Positions 25,101-39,600 of a stretch of DNA of 64,000 nt are shown one piece after another (the stretch's first letter is position 1; every line of letters begins with the position of its first letter). The position numbers were made by a program, and so were the translations under genes. The notes under the pieces were generated by a model. It was given only the letters and a program-made list of their open reading frames with translations, had not been told where the DNA came from and searched no databases. This stretch comes from Balanoglossus misakiensis (lineage: Eukaryota > Animalia > Hemichordata): the NCBI GenBank assembly GCA_040954595.2, contig CM082595.2, positions 6,536,137 through 6,600,136 on the forward strand, in the 5' to 3' direction.

Positions 25101-26703
25101 TTAACAAATGCCAGTTTTGTTGGCAAAAATTATGTTTTTGGCTTTTCACAACATTGAACATACATTCATAGTTCAATAACTTGTGAATTGTGGACCTAAA
25201 CGTTCATACGTTCAATGTTCTGGTGTTTTTTAACGGAGCGATCGGTCACGATGTTACCAACGAGCATGTACAGTCTAAACTAAATCCTCGTTGTGTATGT
25301 TTATTTGTTTGTTTTTGTTGTTTTTTACATGCTATTACATGTACATACAAATATGAAAAGTTTCATTTCAGTTATTCATTAAAATGCAAACATTTGCCAA
25401 AAAACATGTGAATAGACACCTCACAGGCCAGAGTTGTATCATTAGCTTTCAGTTGTCAATTTTAGCATGACATCATGACTAATTAAGCTAATTTTGCATA
25501 TTTTCCATGCTGCACCTTGTCTGACAAGGTAAACGATTGCATATTTGAATTCCTTGACCCTGAAAACATTGGAATAGACACCTCACTTAACACCGTTGGC
25601 TCTCTTTTGTAGACCATTGATTTTAGATGGGCGTGTCACCTAATTAACATAAATTAGCATTTTTACCAATTCACCAAATGTTTCTAAATTAAAAAAATTG
25701 TGTAAAAATATTTAAATGATATAAGAATATGATTTCAATAGACTATTATGGTGTTGACCTGTGATATTGCACCATAATGGCTACAAACAGCGTTTTCTTT
25801 TAGGTATTTCTAAATTATGACGTCACAAATTAATTTGCCATTTTCGACATGAAAACGTGAAAAGAATTTTTGGGAACAGGCAAATTCGAAATCAGCGTAT
25901 TCGAAATATCCAAAAACAACTTGTTCCCAGCTTGTACCAAAAAAATGAATGACATGCTTTTAAAATGCTCATATTCTGAAATTTCCACCTGGACCTAATT
26001 AACATAAATTAGCATTTTACCAATTCACAAAATGTTTCTAAATTAAAAAAATTGTTTAAAATATTTAAATGAATATAAGAATATGATTTCAATAGACTAT
26101 TATGGTGTTGACCTGTGATATTGCACCATAATGGCTACAAACAGCGTTTTCTTTTAGGTATTTTGAAATTATGACGTCACAAATTAATTTGCCATTTTCG
26201 ACATGAAAACGTGAAAAGAATTTTTGGGAACAGGCAAATTCGAAATCAGCGTATTCGAAATATCCGAAAACAACTTGTTCCCAGCTTGTACCAAAAAAAC
26301 GAATGACATGCTTTTAAAATGCTCATTTTCTGAAATTTCCACCTGGACCTAATTAACATAAATTAGCATTTTACCAATTCACAAAATGTTTCTAAATTAA
26401 AAAAATTGTTTAAAAATATTTAAATGAATATAAGAATATGATTTCAATAGACTATTATGGTGTTGACCTGTGATATTGCACCATAATGGCTACAAACAGC
26501 GTTTTCTTTTAGGTATTTTGAAATTATGACGTCACAAATTAATTTGCCATTTTCGACATGAAAACGTGAAAAGAATTTTTGGGAACAGGCAAATTCGAAA
26601 TCAGCGTATTCGAAATATCCAAAAACAACTTGTTCCCAGCTTGTACCAAAAAATGCCTGACATGCTTTTAAAATGCTCATTTTCTGAAATTTCCACCTGA
26701 CTA
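22122..26703. mobile_element. 4.6 kb non-autonomous DNA transposon (TAG...CTA termini, TAA TSD; Academ-like or Harbinger-like)
   Basis: ~120 bp imperfect TIRs TAGTCAGGTGGA[GA]ATTT...GGTACAAGC...GCTGATTTCGAA...GCCTGTTCCCAAAA; TAA at 22119-22121 and 26704-26706; no transposase ORF. Confidence 0.8.
25638..26703. repeat. Three tandem ~355 bp copies of the transposon right end
   Basis: Units 25638-25992, 25993-26346, 26347-26703, nearly identical. Confidence 0.92.
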
Positions 26704-29700
26704 TAAGTGCGTATGTGATATTTTCAGCGTTCAGTATTTGAAAACAGGACTAGGCTCCACACTCGTGGCGATTGAAATGCAGTCCAGCATTTGTAAGTTG
26801 CCCTGGCAATCCATACGCATTGAATACTGGCACTGCAATGTCTTGAAGCCATTGAAACAATCAGGGGCTTCATACATAACAATTAGTCTTATTTTATGGT
26901 GACATTGCTATCATTTGTTATACTATCCATCACACATGCTCTGCTAGCCAAGCATATGGTAATTGATAAGACACTTAAATGGAGAATGCAATTAATTAAA
27001 GTAAAAAAACCAATTAATTAAATGATGGAAGATAACACTGTATGTTAATTACCTATTTTGCATTTGTAACAAGAATATTACTTATTTTGCATTTGCAACA
27101 AGAATATAAGTCTGTTATGTTACTACAATTCTACCGTGTTTAAGCAGTATTTGTCAGCCGTGTGTGATTTGCATTTTAGTTCAATTTTATGATTATTTCA
27201 TCAAACCAGCCAACGTGCAGTACACTATTGATGAAACGAGATATTTACCATTCAAATTGCTAAATGTACTGCTACATTTAGGTGCTTAATATTTACCTGT
27301 ATGTATCACGCATGCAAGTGTCATACGGCAAGAGTATATCTGGGATGTCAACTAACATCTTATGGCACAAGTCTCCATATTGCAACATATTCTGTGGTGT
27401 CAAACGAAATTCATTTAATCATGATCACATTTCTGCTGTATGATTCACTACGATCAAAATGTATTACGTGTGCTAGTGCAGTTTATTCTGGTACAATGAT
27501 GAATTACACAGAAGCTCAAAAGTTACCACAGCCATACGTCATAAGCAATAAAAAGCAGCCATTTTAATATCCTGAAGACACAGACGATCAGAAAGAATGA
27601 GTCAAAACTTTGTTGAATACCTTTAGGTTCAACTGTCATAATTTTTCCTCTGGAGTCTGATATACTGTTGTGCCAGTGGTCCGCATATATTTGGTACATG
27701 TGAGTGGAATGTAAAAATTAAGGGGAACAATTAACTCGCACTTTGTCGACATATGCTCATGAATAGCTCATACATGTACTATTAAACGTTAACCCTTATG
27801 TATACATTTATATGCTATCTTCTAGAAAAACAGTGTTTATTGTATTTGATCATACAATTATTCAGGAAAATGAAATACTGGCAAATATCATTATCAATGA
27901 GGCTGTGTCGTGAGTTTGACAATGGATGGCAGTGATGAATGTGGGCGTTGCATTTTGTAATGGCATATGGTTGAAGTTCACGACATATACCGGTAGTGGG
28001 CGTTTAACGAGACAGTCTGTTGATTGTGTTAAAAAGTACTGTTCGTTTAGTTACATGCAATTCGGGAAGTTGCATATATTTTTTATGGCTGCCAGGTCTC
28101 ATTTCGAGATCATTATCAACTATAAATTTTTCACAAGCAAATTGTACTCTGACAAATTCCAATGAGATTTCAGTCCGAAACGTTTCAAATAAATCACAGT
28201 GTGGTTTTCACTTTTAATGGTGTTACACTCTGTGCCCTGAAAATCTCAAACAGCTGAATTCTATAGGGAATGGCAGCAGACAGTCGCCCAGTTAGTCACA
28301 TCTCCAACTCAAGGAAAGTTGTACAAGTAACAGAAAATGTTGGTGATCTTTTGTACTTTTTGTACTTCCAAATGACTGCCTAATTATGTAGAGGTCGTGA
28401 ATTTCTTTGTTTTAACTTTTTGTACAAATTCCAATAATTTGGAAGAAAAAATGATGTGTCCAAAACTATCTGCCACCTGTAGAAGGTATGTGTTAACTTT
28501 AATTTACAGTTTCAATCTGATTTGTGGAGTGAACGAACTTTATGTCAAGTGTATCTTATGTACTCTGGCATAAACGACTTCTAGTGATGAGGATCAGCTG
28601 GCAAGAAAAGAAAACAGTCCTTAAACTTAAAGAGCATTGAGCGGTTGAATTTGTGCTGTTGATCTCCTGCGAATATCAGCAGGGATACATCTCACCCATG
28701 GGAAAGGAATATTCTGTGAATTGTGAAAAGGATTTGCCATGCTATATTAAATCTCATAAAAGTTACATTTCCTGTTCATATATGTTGTAAATACCCAGAT
28801 AACGACTCAGAAAACGTGAGTAATATTAAATTTTAAAAATTAGCCCCAACGCTATATGTAAAATATTGAAGCACGACATTTAAGTGGGGGCCTATGAGAG
28901 TCTCTGAAGACATGAAAAATTGATTGCTTTTCAGGAGCCAAGATGAGGGTATTGTTACTGCACAGCTCATTGCCAGAATATGCTCGTTGAGGAAATGTGA
29001 AAATCAAACGACTTATTCTGTAAAAAATGGAAAAAATGGGAAACAGCGTGATGTATTGTAAATTTTCCCCATCATGATTTTGTGATGTTCCCATTTGAAA
29101 AAGTGCATTGTGTAACTTGAGAATACCTGAACACCCACAGGTAGGACTGCATGTCTGTGCATTCTATTTGAAGAAATGGCAAACAGCAAAATTACAAAAG
29201 ATAGGATTTAATTACACCAACATCATGTATATTGGTAGCCCACATGGTGATGGGATCAAACATATTCATTAGCATCATTATGCTTGACATTTGAATTTCA
29301 GATTTAATTCAGTTGCTAGTATTTATAGGGAGTGCAAATTACTTATTAGAAGTCAGTTGGATTAAGCCATGCTGAGTAATAACAAAAGGTACCATATGTA
29401 ATACAAAAACCAAACATAAGGGGAAAACATTTTAATACAGGGAGTTCCAGTACAGCTGGTTTAATATTGCAGATACCATTGTGCTTTTCCTTTAATAATG
29501 TTTAACAAATCATATAGTCAGATTGAAGTGTGTTGTTCATGTGTGTTCCACATTGTATCTGAACAGTAAAATTTTGCCATGAGAAATGATATTTGCAAGC
29601 ACATTTCTTGTTAGGGGAAAATTATCTCAGAATTTCTGAGATCTACTAATGCAGATTTAAGTCATTTGCAGCATAGCTTTGTATCATTTCCATGTCTGTA

Positions 29701-30164
29701 ATATGCCGTAAGTTCCTGGAATTGGGGTACATACTCGGATTAACATAATCTATATATGCCGTTGTATCATGGATTATTATTCCAGTGTTAACAGTTACGG
29801 CACTTATATTTGGTTGGCTATTATATTGGAGACACTGAGGCTAGACATCGCATGCTGCGAGACGGTGGATGAATATCGGTAAATCATGTTTTTACTGTGA
29901 TGGGATTTCGTGGCAAGCGTTGATAAGGAGCGACTGTCACAACTTTCAAAATATCTTATTTTCGTTTGTCAACAAGGTGGATGAGTGAATGTTTCGCATA
30001 CAGAAGAGGCTCGGACTATTTTTGAAGGTTTAGTAGTTAGTGTGTAGTGTACAGATGGAGGGGTGTGATCGGCATATATAACAAGGGTATTGAGCTTCAT
30101 CGGTACATCCATAGTGCATGTAGTATCTCAGCTGAAACTAGTATACCTCTATGCCAAATCCACA

Positions 30165-30357
30165 TTAAAGGTATACAGTCACCTCCAATTGACATACGCC
30201 CATATATGGCTGAAATGGATTATTTGAGCTTTCTAAAGAACATATGGTGGCGCTCTTTTTTTCGCATGTGCCACCCACTGAAAATCTGTGATTGGCTAGA
30301 TCTCAATTTGCCATGGTAACTATAGCTATTTTTCCATTGGTGACTGTATACCTTTAA
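30165..30357. mobile_element. MITE family C, reverse orientation
   Basis: TTAA|AGGTATACAGTCACC...GGTGACTGTATACCT|TTAA. Confidence 0.85.
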
Positions 30358-32759
30358 GAAAGTCCAGGCTAGTTGCAAACATCCTTTCCTGTTACTGAGT
30401 ATTGACAGTGTCAAATCCTCCTTTCTTTCAGTCTAAACACTAACCAGGATACCGCACTTTACATTTATAACTCTAGCCACTGCGGCAATATTGGCTGTCA
30501 ACACACATTCACGTACCCTCACAGGACTTAAACAATGACTGACAAGCAGATAGCCTGAAGCTCTCGAAAGCTTATTATCTTTACCCCTAGGCATAGATTT
30601 GTCTTTAGTTCAGGGATTTCTACTAATAATCTTCATATATCATGAGAATATTAGAGTTGTCAATTTTTTGTCTTTGGAAATTGCTCAGTTTGAAATTAAT
30701 ATTGGAAAATTCTATAGACAAGGATGATTGACTGCTGTAGACGTATCCATCTGCCTCTTTTATCATTGTTACGATCGAGAAGTATCTTTTGTCCCAAGTG
30801 ATGTGACGTAACATCGGATGTGAAGATCACAGATGTGTTGACAATTTCTCATTATTGACCTATTCAAGGTTTTCACCTTTGAAAAATCACACATAGACTA
30901 CACAAAAGACATTTGCGTCTCTTACTCAGATTGTTAACACTATACATACGGATAATGGCATTCATTTCAGACTGTCAACATTACATACAATGGACAATGC
31001 AATTTTCCATCCATTTTTTTATTTGCCTTTATGTCTGGTAGATTAATTGACATTTTCTATACAGTTATGCATATTGTTTTTTCACATGATAGTTTATGAG
31101 TTTTGAGTATCTTTCTTCTTTATTGTCATACAACACATTCGGTTCATATTCCTGTGGACTAGGATGCAGATGTTATCCTTTGAGAAAATCCAGGGGCTTG
31201 TTGACAACCCGTAGTCTATTGACAACAAAGCTTGCATGTACCATTTACTATGAACCATTCCGACTTCTCAGAATAATTCCAAAGTGCACGAAGTAGTAAA
31301 TCTGAGGTGAATTCTGTCCGTGCACAATGCTAACAGTTGGAGTGTGACATGGCCAGTATATGCACTGTAGAAACTAATACAATTTTAAGATTTTATAGGC
31401 AGCTTTTAATGCTGTGATAAAACAAATGGAACTTTTATGTATTCTCTTCAGCACGTATTACAATTCCATCACTCAGTTGAATGTCGCAGTCCTTCCACAT
31501 ATTCTCACGCCATTTCAGCATTATACTACTACAGACTGGATAATTGCCAGCTATTGCTTCCCCCAAATGGTCCATTTGGGTATTTGGGGCAAGCCTTTAG
31601 AGGAAAGATACACACACTATATTGAGAATGTGACAAGGTTCTAAAGGAGAGTGCATGCCAACTCGTAAATCTCAGATTTAACCCTTTTACCCCAAGTCCT
31701 CTCTTTAAAAAAACTACAAGAAAAGGGGGAATGGAAACAAACTTGAAACTGAGGATATATGAAGCAAAATCTAAAATGGCGGATAAGGAAGTAAAGGATG
31801 CTGGGACAAGAATGGAAAAGGAGGCCAATAGAGGGCGTTAAAACACAACTTTAACATTTTTTTGTAAATTTCCAAGGTCACAATTTCGTGACAATAAAGG
31901 AGCAATATTTATCATTCTTAATTCTATGAAGTTGGAAATTTTCTTTACAGTTCCTTTTCTTAGGATTGGTCAGGTTTTCAGATAACTAAAACATCATTCT
32001 TTCTTATTATTTCAGGACAAAGCAAGTTACCATTACAATAAATGTAAAGAAGAGACCCCTTTGAATGGTTGAATTGTCATCTGAGCCAATATAATTCATT
32101 TAAGGTGAGTTAAAATAGAGGTTAAAAATCTTGAACTTGTTCAACATGTTTAGTTGATCACAAATAGCAGATTGTCCTGGACAATTTGGGATTGCTGGGC
32201 ATAAGGCAAATGATGGAGGGTGGATGAAACTTGACAGTTTGATGTTAATACCCTACCCCTCCAACCCCAAACCCAAACAAGAAAACAGAAAAGAGCTATC
32301 GCATTGTGGTCATGTGCGTTCCACATTTACCTCGAGTGAAGGATATTGCCGAGAGTTTTATCATTATCACTAGCTCTTTAACCAGTGAGATAAGGCATTA
32401 AATTACTTGCTGAATGACTTGCCGAATGACAGTCATTTCGCCAAATAGCTTCTATGAGCAGAGTCATGCCAGCATAGAAAGTGTATACCCAGCAGTGCCG
32501 TACTGTTCAATCTAGTTGTTAACAACAGTCAGTTTGTGACAAGGTTGATAATAATAGCAGAGGGCTCACGTCGAGCTCATTACAGGTGTCTTCTGTGTTG
32601 ACCGTTTTTCTCATACCTGACACCCAAGTCATACATCTATAAAGATCACATTTACATTGTTTTTTTGCCTATAACTTTTGCCATATGACTGATATATACT
32701 GTCGTTTTTAACTGGTGTCTATGGTTGAAACATTTCATGTGAATGCTTAGATTAAATGA

Positions 32760-33690
32760 AGACCTGGATATTCTTGCAATTTAGCTGAGGCAACCCATCA
32801 TGAAAGCCTCATTTCCTGACATCAGATGAAAGTTAATTCTCCATATCAGCAGGGGAATTCCTACCTGACTCTTATCGAGCCAGCTCATCAGGTTTCATGT
32901 TGCATGTTCTTTTTCCCCCCGCATCAATTTTCACATCACACAGGGTGTACATCCCTTGATTTATCAGCAGCCGTGGTTACTGTGTTTCACTTTCATCACT
33001 TGGTGCAGTCCTAGGAGGGTTTCGTCAATCAAGACACACGTTTTTTGTTTGTAGATACACCTGCAGATTGTTTGAGTAACAGCATCTTGTCTGCCACCTT
33101 TCATGTGTGTGGCCAATAGCTTACATCGGTTGAATACATAAGAAGTCACAGCATTCACTTCGAGAAATTCTCTCAACTCCTGTAGCATTTCCTGTGAATC
33201 CAAGTTTATATTCAGAACTTGTTGTACCGTAAAATTGATTTGTATGTCTAAACTTAAATTTTCTCTGAGATTCTATGTTCAATATTATATCACACCTTGT
33301 GTTGAATGTTGCTTTATGAACGTCAAAACGTTCCAGCAATAATTGATATCTTTTATTATAATGTCACAGTCTGGATGAAATTTGTCGGAAAATGTGAGGA
33401 ATATGGTAGTACATGTATATAGAGGTGGATTCTCCACATTGTTTTAACATTCTTGCAGAAGTGCTTGACATTTATATTTTTGCTACTTGTTGAGTTGTGG
33501 CAATTTGCAGCAGTTGAAGTTGAACTTCCTTGATCAGAGTGCATCATCTTCTGTCTCTGTGAAGGTCATGTTCTTAACAGTATTTTTTTCCACCTCCTTC
33601 ACAGCTGTGATCTTCTTTCTCAAGCCTGTCTCTGAACACAGGTCCTGCTTGGCCATTGAAATCAGTCCAAATAGGACAAAACTGCAGTGG
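32760..33690 (-). pseudogene. Possible decayed coding sequence of unknown family, antisense in the ECE long intron
   Basis: Overlapping minus-strand ORFs in shifted frames with protein-like text; no recognisable domain. Confidence 0.2.
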
Positions 33691-36600
33691 TCAAAGGGTT
33701 TTAAAAACCCTCCCCATATAACACACTAACCCATCAAACCCATATACAACACACTAACGCAAAGTTCATATATAACACACTAACTAATCAAAGCCTATAT
33801 ATAACACACTACTCATTAAAGCAATCAACAATAGCATCAGCACATGTCACTCATCAAAGCCATTGACTGTATTGTTAACACACGTCACTAATGGTCAATT
33901 AACACTTCTTTGTATTCCCGACAACTTTCAAGAAGCATGTCACGGAGAACCCGACGAATATCCTACTAATTTAGATTCTCCATTGATCTCCTCTTTTATG
34001 CACAGTTCAGTGGACTCTGATTCATCGAAGCCATCTGAACCCACAGCTACATGTGCTCCACTCAACCGTTAAACTGGGACTCATTGTGCGTACACTAACC
34101 TATGTTACAAGATCTAGAGGTGAATGAATGGCGGTCTCCATACTTAATCACTTCAATATTGTTAAGGCAAGACCCTCTTCTCCTAATCAACACTCACGCT
34201 TTCGCAGTGTCAATGTCCAACCCTCATTTGCTTTGCTAACATTTGTGACCCAAATCATTTGTTTTTAACCCTTCATATATACTAGCAGTACATCAGGAAC
34301 AACTGTTGAAATTTTCAAATGTGTCAAGAATATATGAACTAGAAAACATGGTTTACATATATGAATATAAACTTGACAAGACTGAAATTATATAAAAGAA
34401 GGCAACAAGTTACAGAATGGCAAAATTAAAATATGCGTGCTTCTCTCCCTTTAACACACTGGTGAATTAGCCAGCTACAACTCACAATTTTGCACTTGAA
34501 TATATGCTATTAGCAGTGTTTTTCATCTAATGTGTGTGTTTGTTCATACGTCGATCAGGTCTGTGTTTTGTACATGTATTTTAATTGGTTGTGTAATTTG
34601 TGTAGTGCTGTGCAATGTCTCTGAATAGTTTGACTTTCCAACACAGTTTTGCCATAAGACATACAGTAGTTACCACTGATCCAATATCGTACCAAACCTT
34701 GTCAATTTCAATGTCATCCAACGTCGATTAGCATATTATCAGATAAGGCCTTGAGGTTGAATGCAAATTGAATTTGCATTTCATATGCTTTGCTTAAACT
34801 GCTGCCAACCGGCATCTTGTCAAACGCGCATGTGTGTGCAGTGACTATGTGAGTGTATTAAACACACTGTCATCCGAATGAATATCTGCACTTATATATT
34901 GATTTTGTAGTATCTTGTTTATATCGGTTTTATAGAGATGAAAGTGATATGATATTACATATAAGAGTAATGAATGTCTTGAGGATTTATGATTATCTGG
35001 ATCAAGCTAACCTGTGATATTATCTGGTAAATCAAAGCATCACGTACGTGTATCTACACTGTACTGAAGTGTTCTCATTGGAAGTGGAGAGAAATACTAT
35101 TGCCAACAGCGTGGATACCCTGACTCTCCAGTAATCATGTTCATTTTTAAATCTTTGATGTAATACATAGAGACACATTTTGCCTAGGATGCTCCAGCCA
35201 AGATAATTAGGGCCTGCAGCTATCTTTATCGTTAGACATGCTCAAGATGCATTGCCTGGGGGCAAGGGGTATGAAAATGGTTTGATGCAGTCATGGGACA
35301 TTTTTGTCTGCATTATTCATTGCTCATACATCTTTGTACTTTATACATTACCATGCGATATCTCTGTGCACATCTTGAAAAAAAAATCATCACCATACTA
35401 GATGTTATAAGGATTGAATATGAAACAGGAATATATGGATTCTGGTTTTATCAGATTGTGTAGGCAGGGAGACATCTTTTAATCGGCATTTTGCAAAATG
35501 AATATAAAATAAATCAGAGGCAAATTTGCTTTCTTGGTGGAAATGGTAAAAGTGAATGTTTCCATGGTTTCCAGTAACCCAATCTATTGTAATTGTTCCA
35601 TGTACCTACTTGTGGGGGAAATACTTGTTTCACTCCCTACTAGATGATGAAATGTCAATTTTTTGGTGTTTCTCAAATACATTTGTCAAAATAACAGTCA
35701 CACTACAGGCAGATGAGCGAAGCTGAGTATTGTATCAGAACTGAACTTAATAGTAGTAAACAAAACAAATACAGAAAAATAGTCAACATTTAGCTGATGT
35801 CCAATTGCTGCTGATAAATTTCCTGGTAACCAATCATAGGGAAAATGATACATGTACCGGTAGGTTATGTTTTCGTGATACTTTTGTACCATTTGGTATA
35901 ACGTTTCCACTTTAGGGGCTTTTGAAATTTCAAATCAAGAAATAATTTGAATAATCTGATCAATATCTTGGTATGTACCGATACACCTCAGTGTGTACCA
36001 CACACTCTAATTTAATTTAACCTCATTGGTTTTCAACAGACGCGAGTGGGCTAATGTATGTGTAGAATTCATGAAGGGCAAAGTGGTTGAATCGTGCCGC
36101 CCGGTGTGCAACTGACAGAGGGGAAAAAATCAGACAGGAAGTTCAGCACAGTGCTCTGAGATAGGGCTGCTTTGTAAATCCTTGCATGATACATTTGGCG
36201 CCAGTAGAGTGCCGATTACATGCTCGCGTATCCGATGCCTCGCATGTAGTCGTGACTTGGTTTCTGTGATGTGGGTATGCGACTGAGTTTGCTGGTGGTT
36301 GTGTTATTATCCCCATTTGCCCAAGGGGGCAGAGGATATGCTGTGTAATTTCAGCGGAAAATTTTCCGATGGTGAATTTTACTAAATGTATCATTATGGT
36401 TCATTGCAGTGTTCATGATGCAGGCAATCAGTTTCATTTAGTTTGCAGCCACAATCATAGAGAGTATAAGCTTTCTCAGTATACATTGGGTTTTAGGGTA
36501 GGCAATCTTATATCAGTTAAACTGTTTCACCCCATTACCCAGTGGAAAGATCCGTTCTGCATAATTTGATCCGTTCTGCATAATTTGATCCATCATGGGC

Positions 36601-39600
36601 TACCTTAAACTAAACATTTAATTTGGTTTAGTGTAGAATGAAAGGGCAAAGAGTTTGTCATTTCGTTTTTAAACGCCATAAAAATTGACAAATAAGTGAA
36701 TTATAAGGTCATACTGAAAATTGCAATCTCCATGAATTTCATGAACAAAATTATCTTGCTGGTAAATTTATTTATAACAATATTGGAAATTTAAAATGCC
36801 TGCCAAGCTGAGTGAAAATACAGTTGTACTAAATTGTTGATTTTTATGAAAACATCCATTACATGTAGTTCTTTTCATGATTGCTGACAGTGTAAAAGGA
36901 TGTTTTTCTGGAGTCTGTTTGTTGGTCACGTTTTCCTAATGATGAGCTCCCTCTGGGAATTAGCTTTATTGACATTTTAAAGATTTCAGTGCATAGCTTT
37001 TAAGGAGAATGTACATAATGTTATCTTTTCATGTTTCTACCAGTAATTGTGCTCTTTTTATGTTGTAGCATGTTGGTTATAGTTCTGATCGTTGTGCCTA
37101 TACAATGTACAGCCATCACAAAGATTTGTTAATCAGATACAGTACTCATCTTCCTGCCAGCAGCAGCTTCTATCCCCATTGTCTGTAGTGTCATCTTCCA
37201 CTCTTGCTGATGAAACAATAGGGTGAAACCACTGTGTAGAGACAAGAGGGATGGTCAGGCCAAATATCTATGTAATTCTTTCTGTAGATAATGCTGTGTA
37301 AAACGCAAATGGCTGTCTTAATGAAAAGAATGGCAATTTCAAAATACTTTTAAATTTTGTAAATAAACAATGGGGATACTTTTTTAGTTACAAGGACAGA
37401 ATAATTATTTACCAGACAATTTAAACATAGACACTACAATATTGTTTATGATTTACATGATGAATTTGATCAGCCTTTCCATTGTCGCCTCAGTTTTCCA
37501 GAGCACCCCTTTAGATAATGGACTTGCCTTTCCTGGAGGGGTTACGGATACTCTGGAAATTGCAGAATTCAAAACAGTTTCCCGTATAATTCCAGGCAAA
37601 TTTGCCACTGTATGCTTCGCGGGCAGAGAGCTTTGAACAGTTGTGGATAAAACATATAGTGCCCGGTGTACGGTATCAACGGAATACTGAATGCACTTAT
37701 CCGGGATTTGAAGGATTCCTGATGGAGATGGATGCTGCCCACTAATTTCCTCATAGCTGTCTCACTCCTCGGTAACCAAGGAAAATTAATTGAAGGTACA
37801 TGTATTTCAGCCATTGATTGATGGAGTGCTTTTAATAGTTTTTCATAAATTCTATACTGAACAGATGAGATCTGATGTGAGCACTCTCAGCTCATGTATC
37901 CATTGGATCATTTTGCTGTCAGATATGGGGAAAAAATCCAATTCTTGTTCGGGAGGATGGTTGATCCGAAATTGATGCTGAAACTGTGATGCCATATTAA
38001 ACCACAATTTAATTCTAGCGACCAAAAACATGAAAATATTATTTATTATTTTTAATTCACAGTTTTCGTACTTGCCATACATGTACACATATCAAAATCT
38101 AAATTTCTGCTTCTACTGGAAATGACGCGTTTTCTGTATAATTCTGTTCCATGGTAATGTTGGATAACGTACTAGTAATAGGCATGGATTTGCAGACATT
38201 ATCTTTTCTGAATGGGTCAAGGTAGTGAGCTTCATTGCCGTAGGAATAATGTAATTATGGTTAAGAGTAATATACCCTTCAGCCAATCATTAAAATGGAA
38301 GCAGCTGCAATATTCAATTTTGTGTGTTTGGTGATAGTTCCATTCAGTGTAATATACTTGTGCCTCGTATTCTTTTTCTGAAAACCTGTTAAAATGTACT
38401 GTTTTCTCCTGATGTTTTTTATTTTTCTGTAATTGTACAAGTCCAAACTTCAGTTCAGTTGACACCAATAACAGTTTGTACCTGGTATACCTAACATGAT
38501 GAACACCGAACATGTTCAACATCTGCAAAAATACTGAAAAAGTTATCAAGAGAGACAGCCAGTATTTGATACAAATACATAAATTACCCTTAATGTTGCA
38601 GGAGTCCAACCATCTTGAACTGTGAAAATAAATCCAAATTCATGATATCTCATGCTGTGATCAACACCACAGCTCAGAAAAAGGAGGAAAATGATCCTGT
38701 CCGGATTGTGTGTACCTCAGATGGTGCATGCTGTTTCTGTTATTTGGAGTGTGGCGGTCCATTTGAGTGATACCGGTATGCGGTAATTGTTCAATTGTTG
38801 GATAAAAATCTCTCTATTCTCGCGATCCCTCTTCCTGTTCATTGTAGAGTGAGTCATTTCAGTCTCAATGCAACCAGGCAGCACCCGTGGGAGAAATAAA
38901 ACTCAGCTTTTGTGTTGGAAATTGGTTTTGTCACATTTGTGATGTGAGTAGCTGTTGCTAAAGATAAGTGTTTCTTTAAATATTTACATGCACGATGCAT
39001 TTCATAAAATCGAGAATGGTGTTCTGCTGTGCATGCTCTATGTAAAGAAAGTTGCTTTGGATGCTGACAATTTTGGCTGGTTCCTGATAATTTTACCCAA
39101 ATCGTTAGTATTAAGGTTTTATCAATTATTGATGGAGAGAGATTTGATCGAATATGTGAGAAAACTTCACAACATGAAAATCATGAAACAAAGCAGTAAC
39201 TTGCGAATTTCATTTTTTCTTCAAAATACTGCAGTAAAGCCTTCAGAATTTTCAACAGAAACAAAACTGTGTAATTCAGCTCAGAAGACAGATTTCTCTT
39301 TTGTAGATCACGGTGAAATAAACAGCCTGCCTCATCAAGGTTATATAACTTACACTTGTTCAGTGAAATTGCCACATTCTGCTTTTTTTCAAAAGGTTGA
39401 ACTCAAGTGGTGTTTGTTATAATGTATTCAATAACCTTGGTGTTAAGGGTTGGACACCCTGAACACAATCACTTCATCAGTGCCAACAAATAGATATGAT
39501 GAGACATCAAACATCCTATACATGTGCAGAGAAAATTATCTTGTATTCATGTTTATATTGCACAGTTCTTGATTTATAACAACCCCGGCAGTAGCTCACA

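Noticed and set aside
25638-26703. Repeat array considered as CRISPR-like or satellite DNA
   Set aside because: Units are ~355 bp, nearly identical, have no spacers and match the transposon TIR; the context is eukaryotic
31437-31841. Protein-like reading on the + strand (...KESACQLVNLRFNP...KMADKEVK)
   Set aside because: Interrupted by a stop; the 3' part lies within a TTAA-bounded TTAACCCTTTTACCCC...GGGCGTTAA MITE-like segment; no domain recognised
36141-36165. REST/NRSE-like TTCAGCAC motif
   Set aside because: Only the left half-site; the GGACAG half is missing
38955-39422. 155-aa intronic ORF
   Set aside because: Non-ATG start, AT-rich, no recognisable domain or exon context
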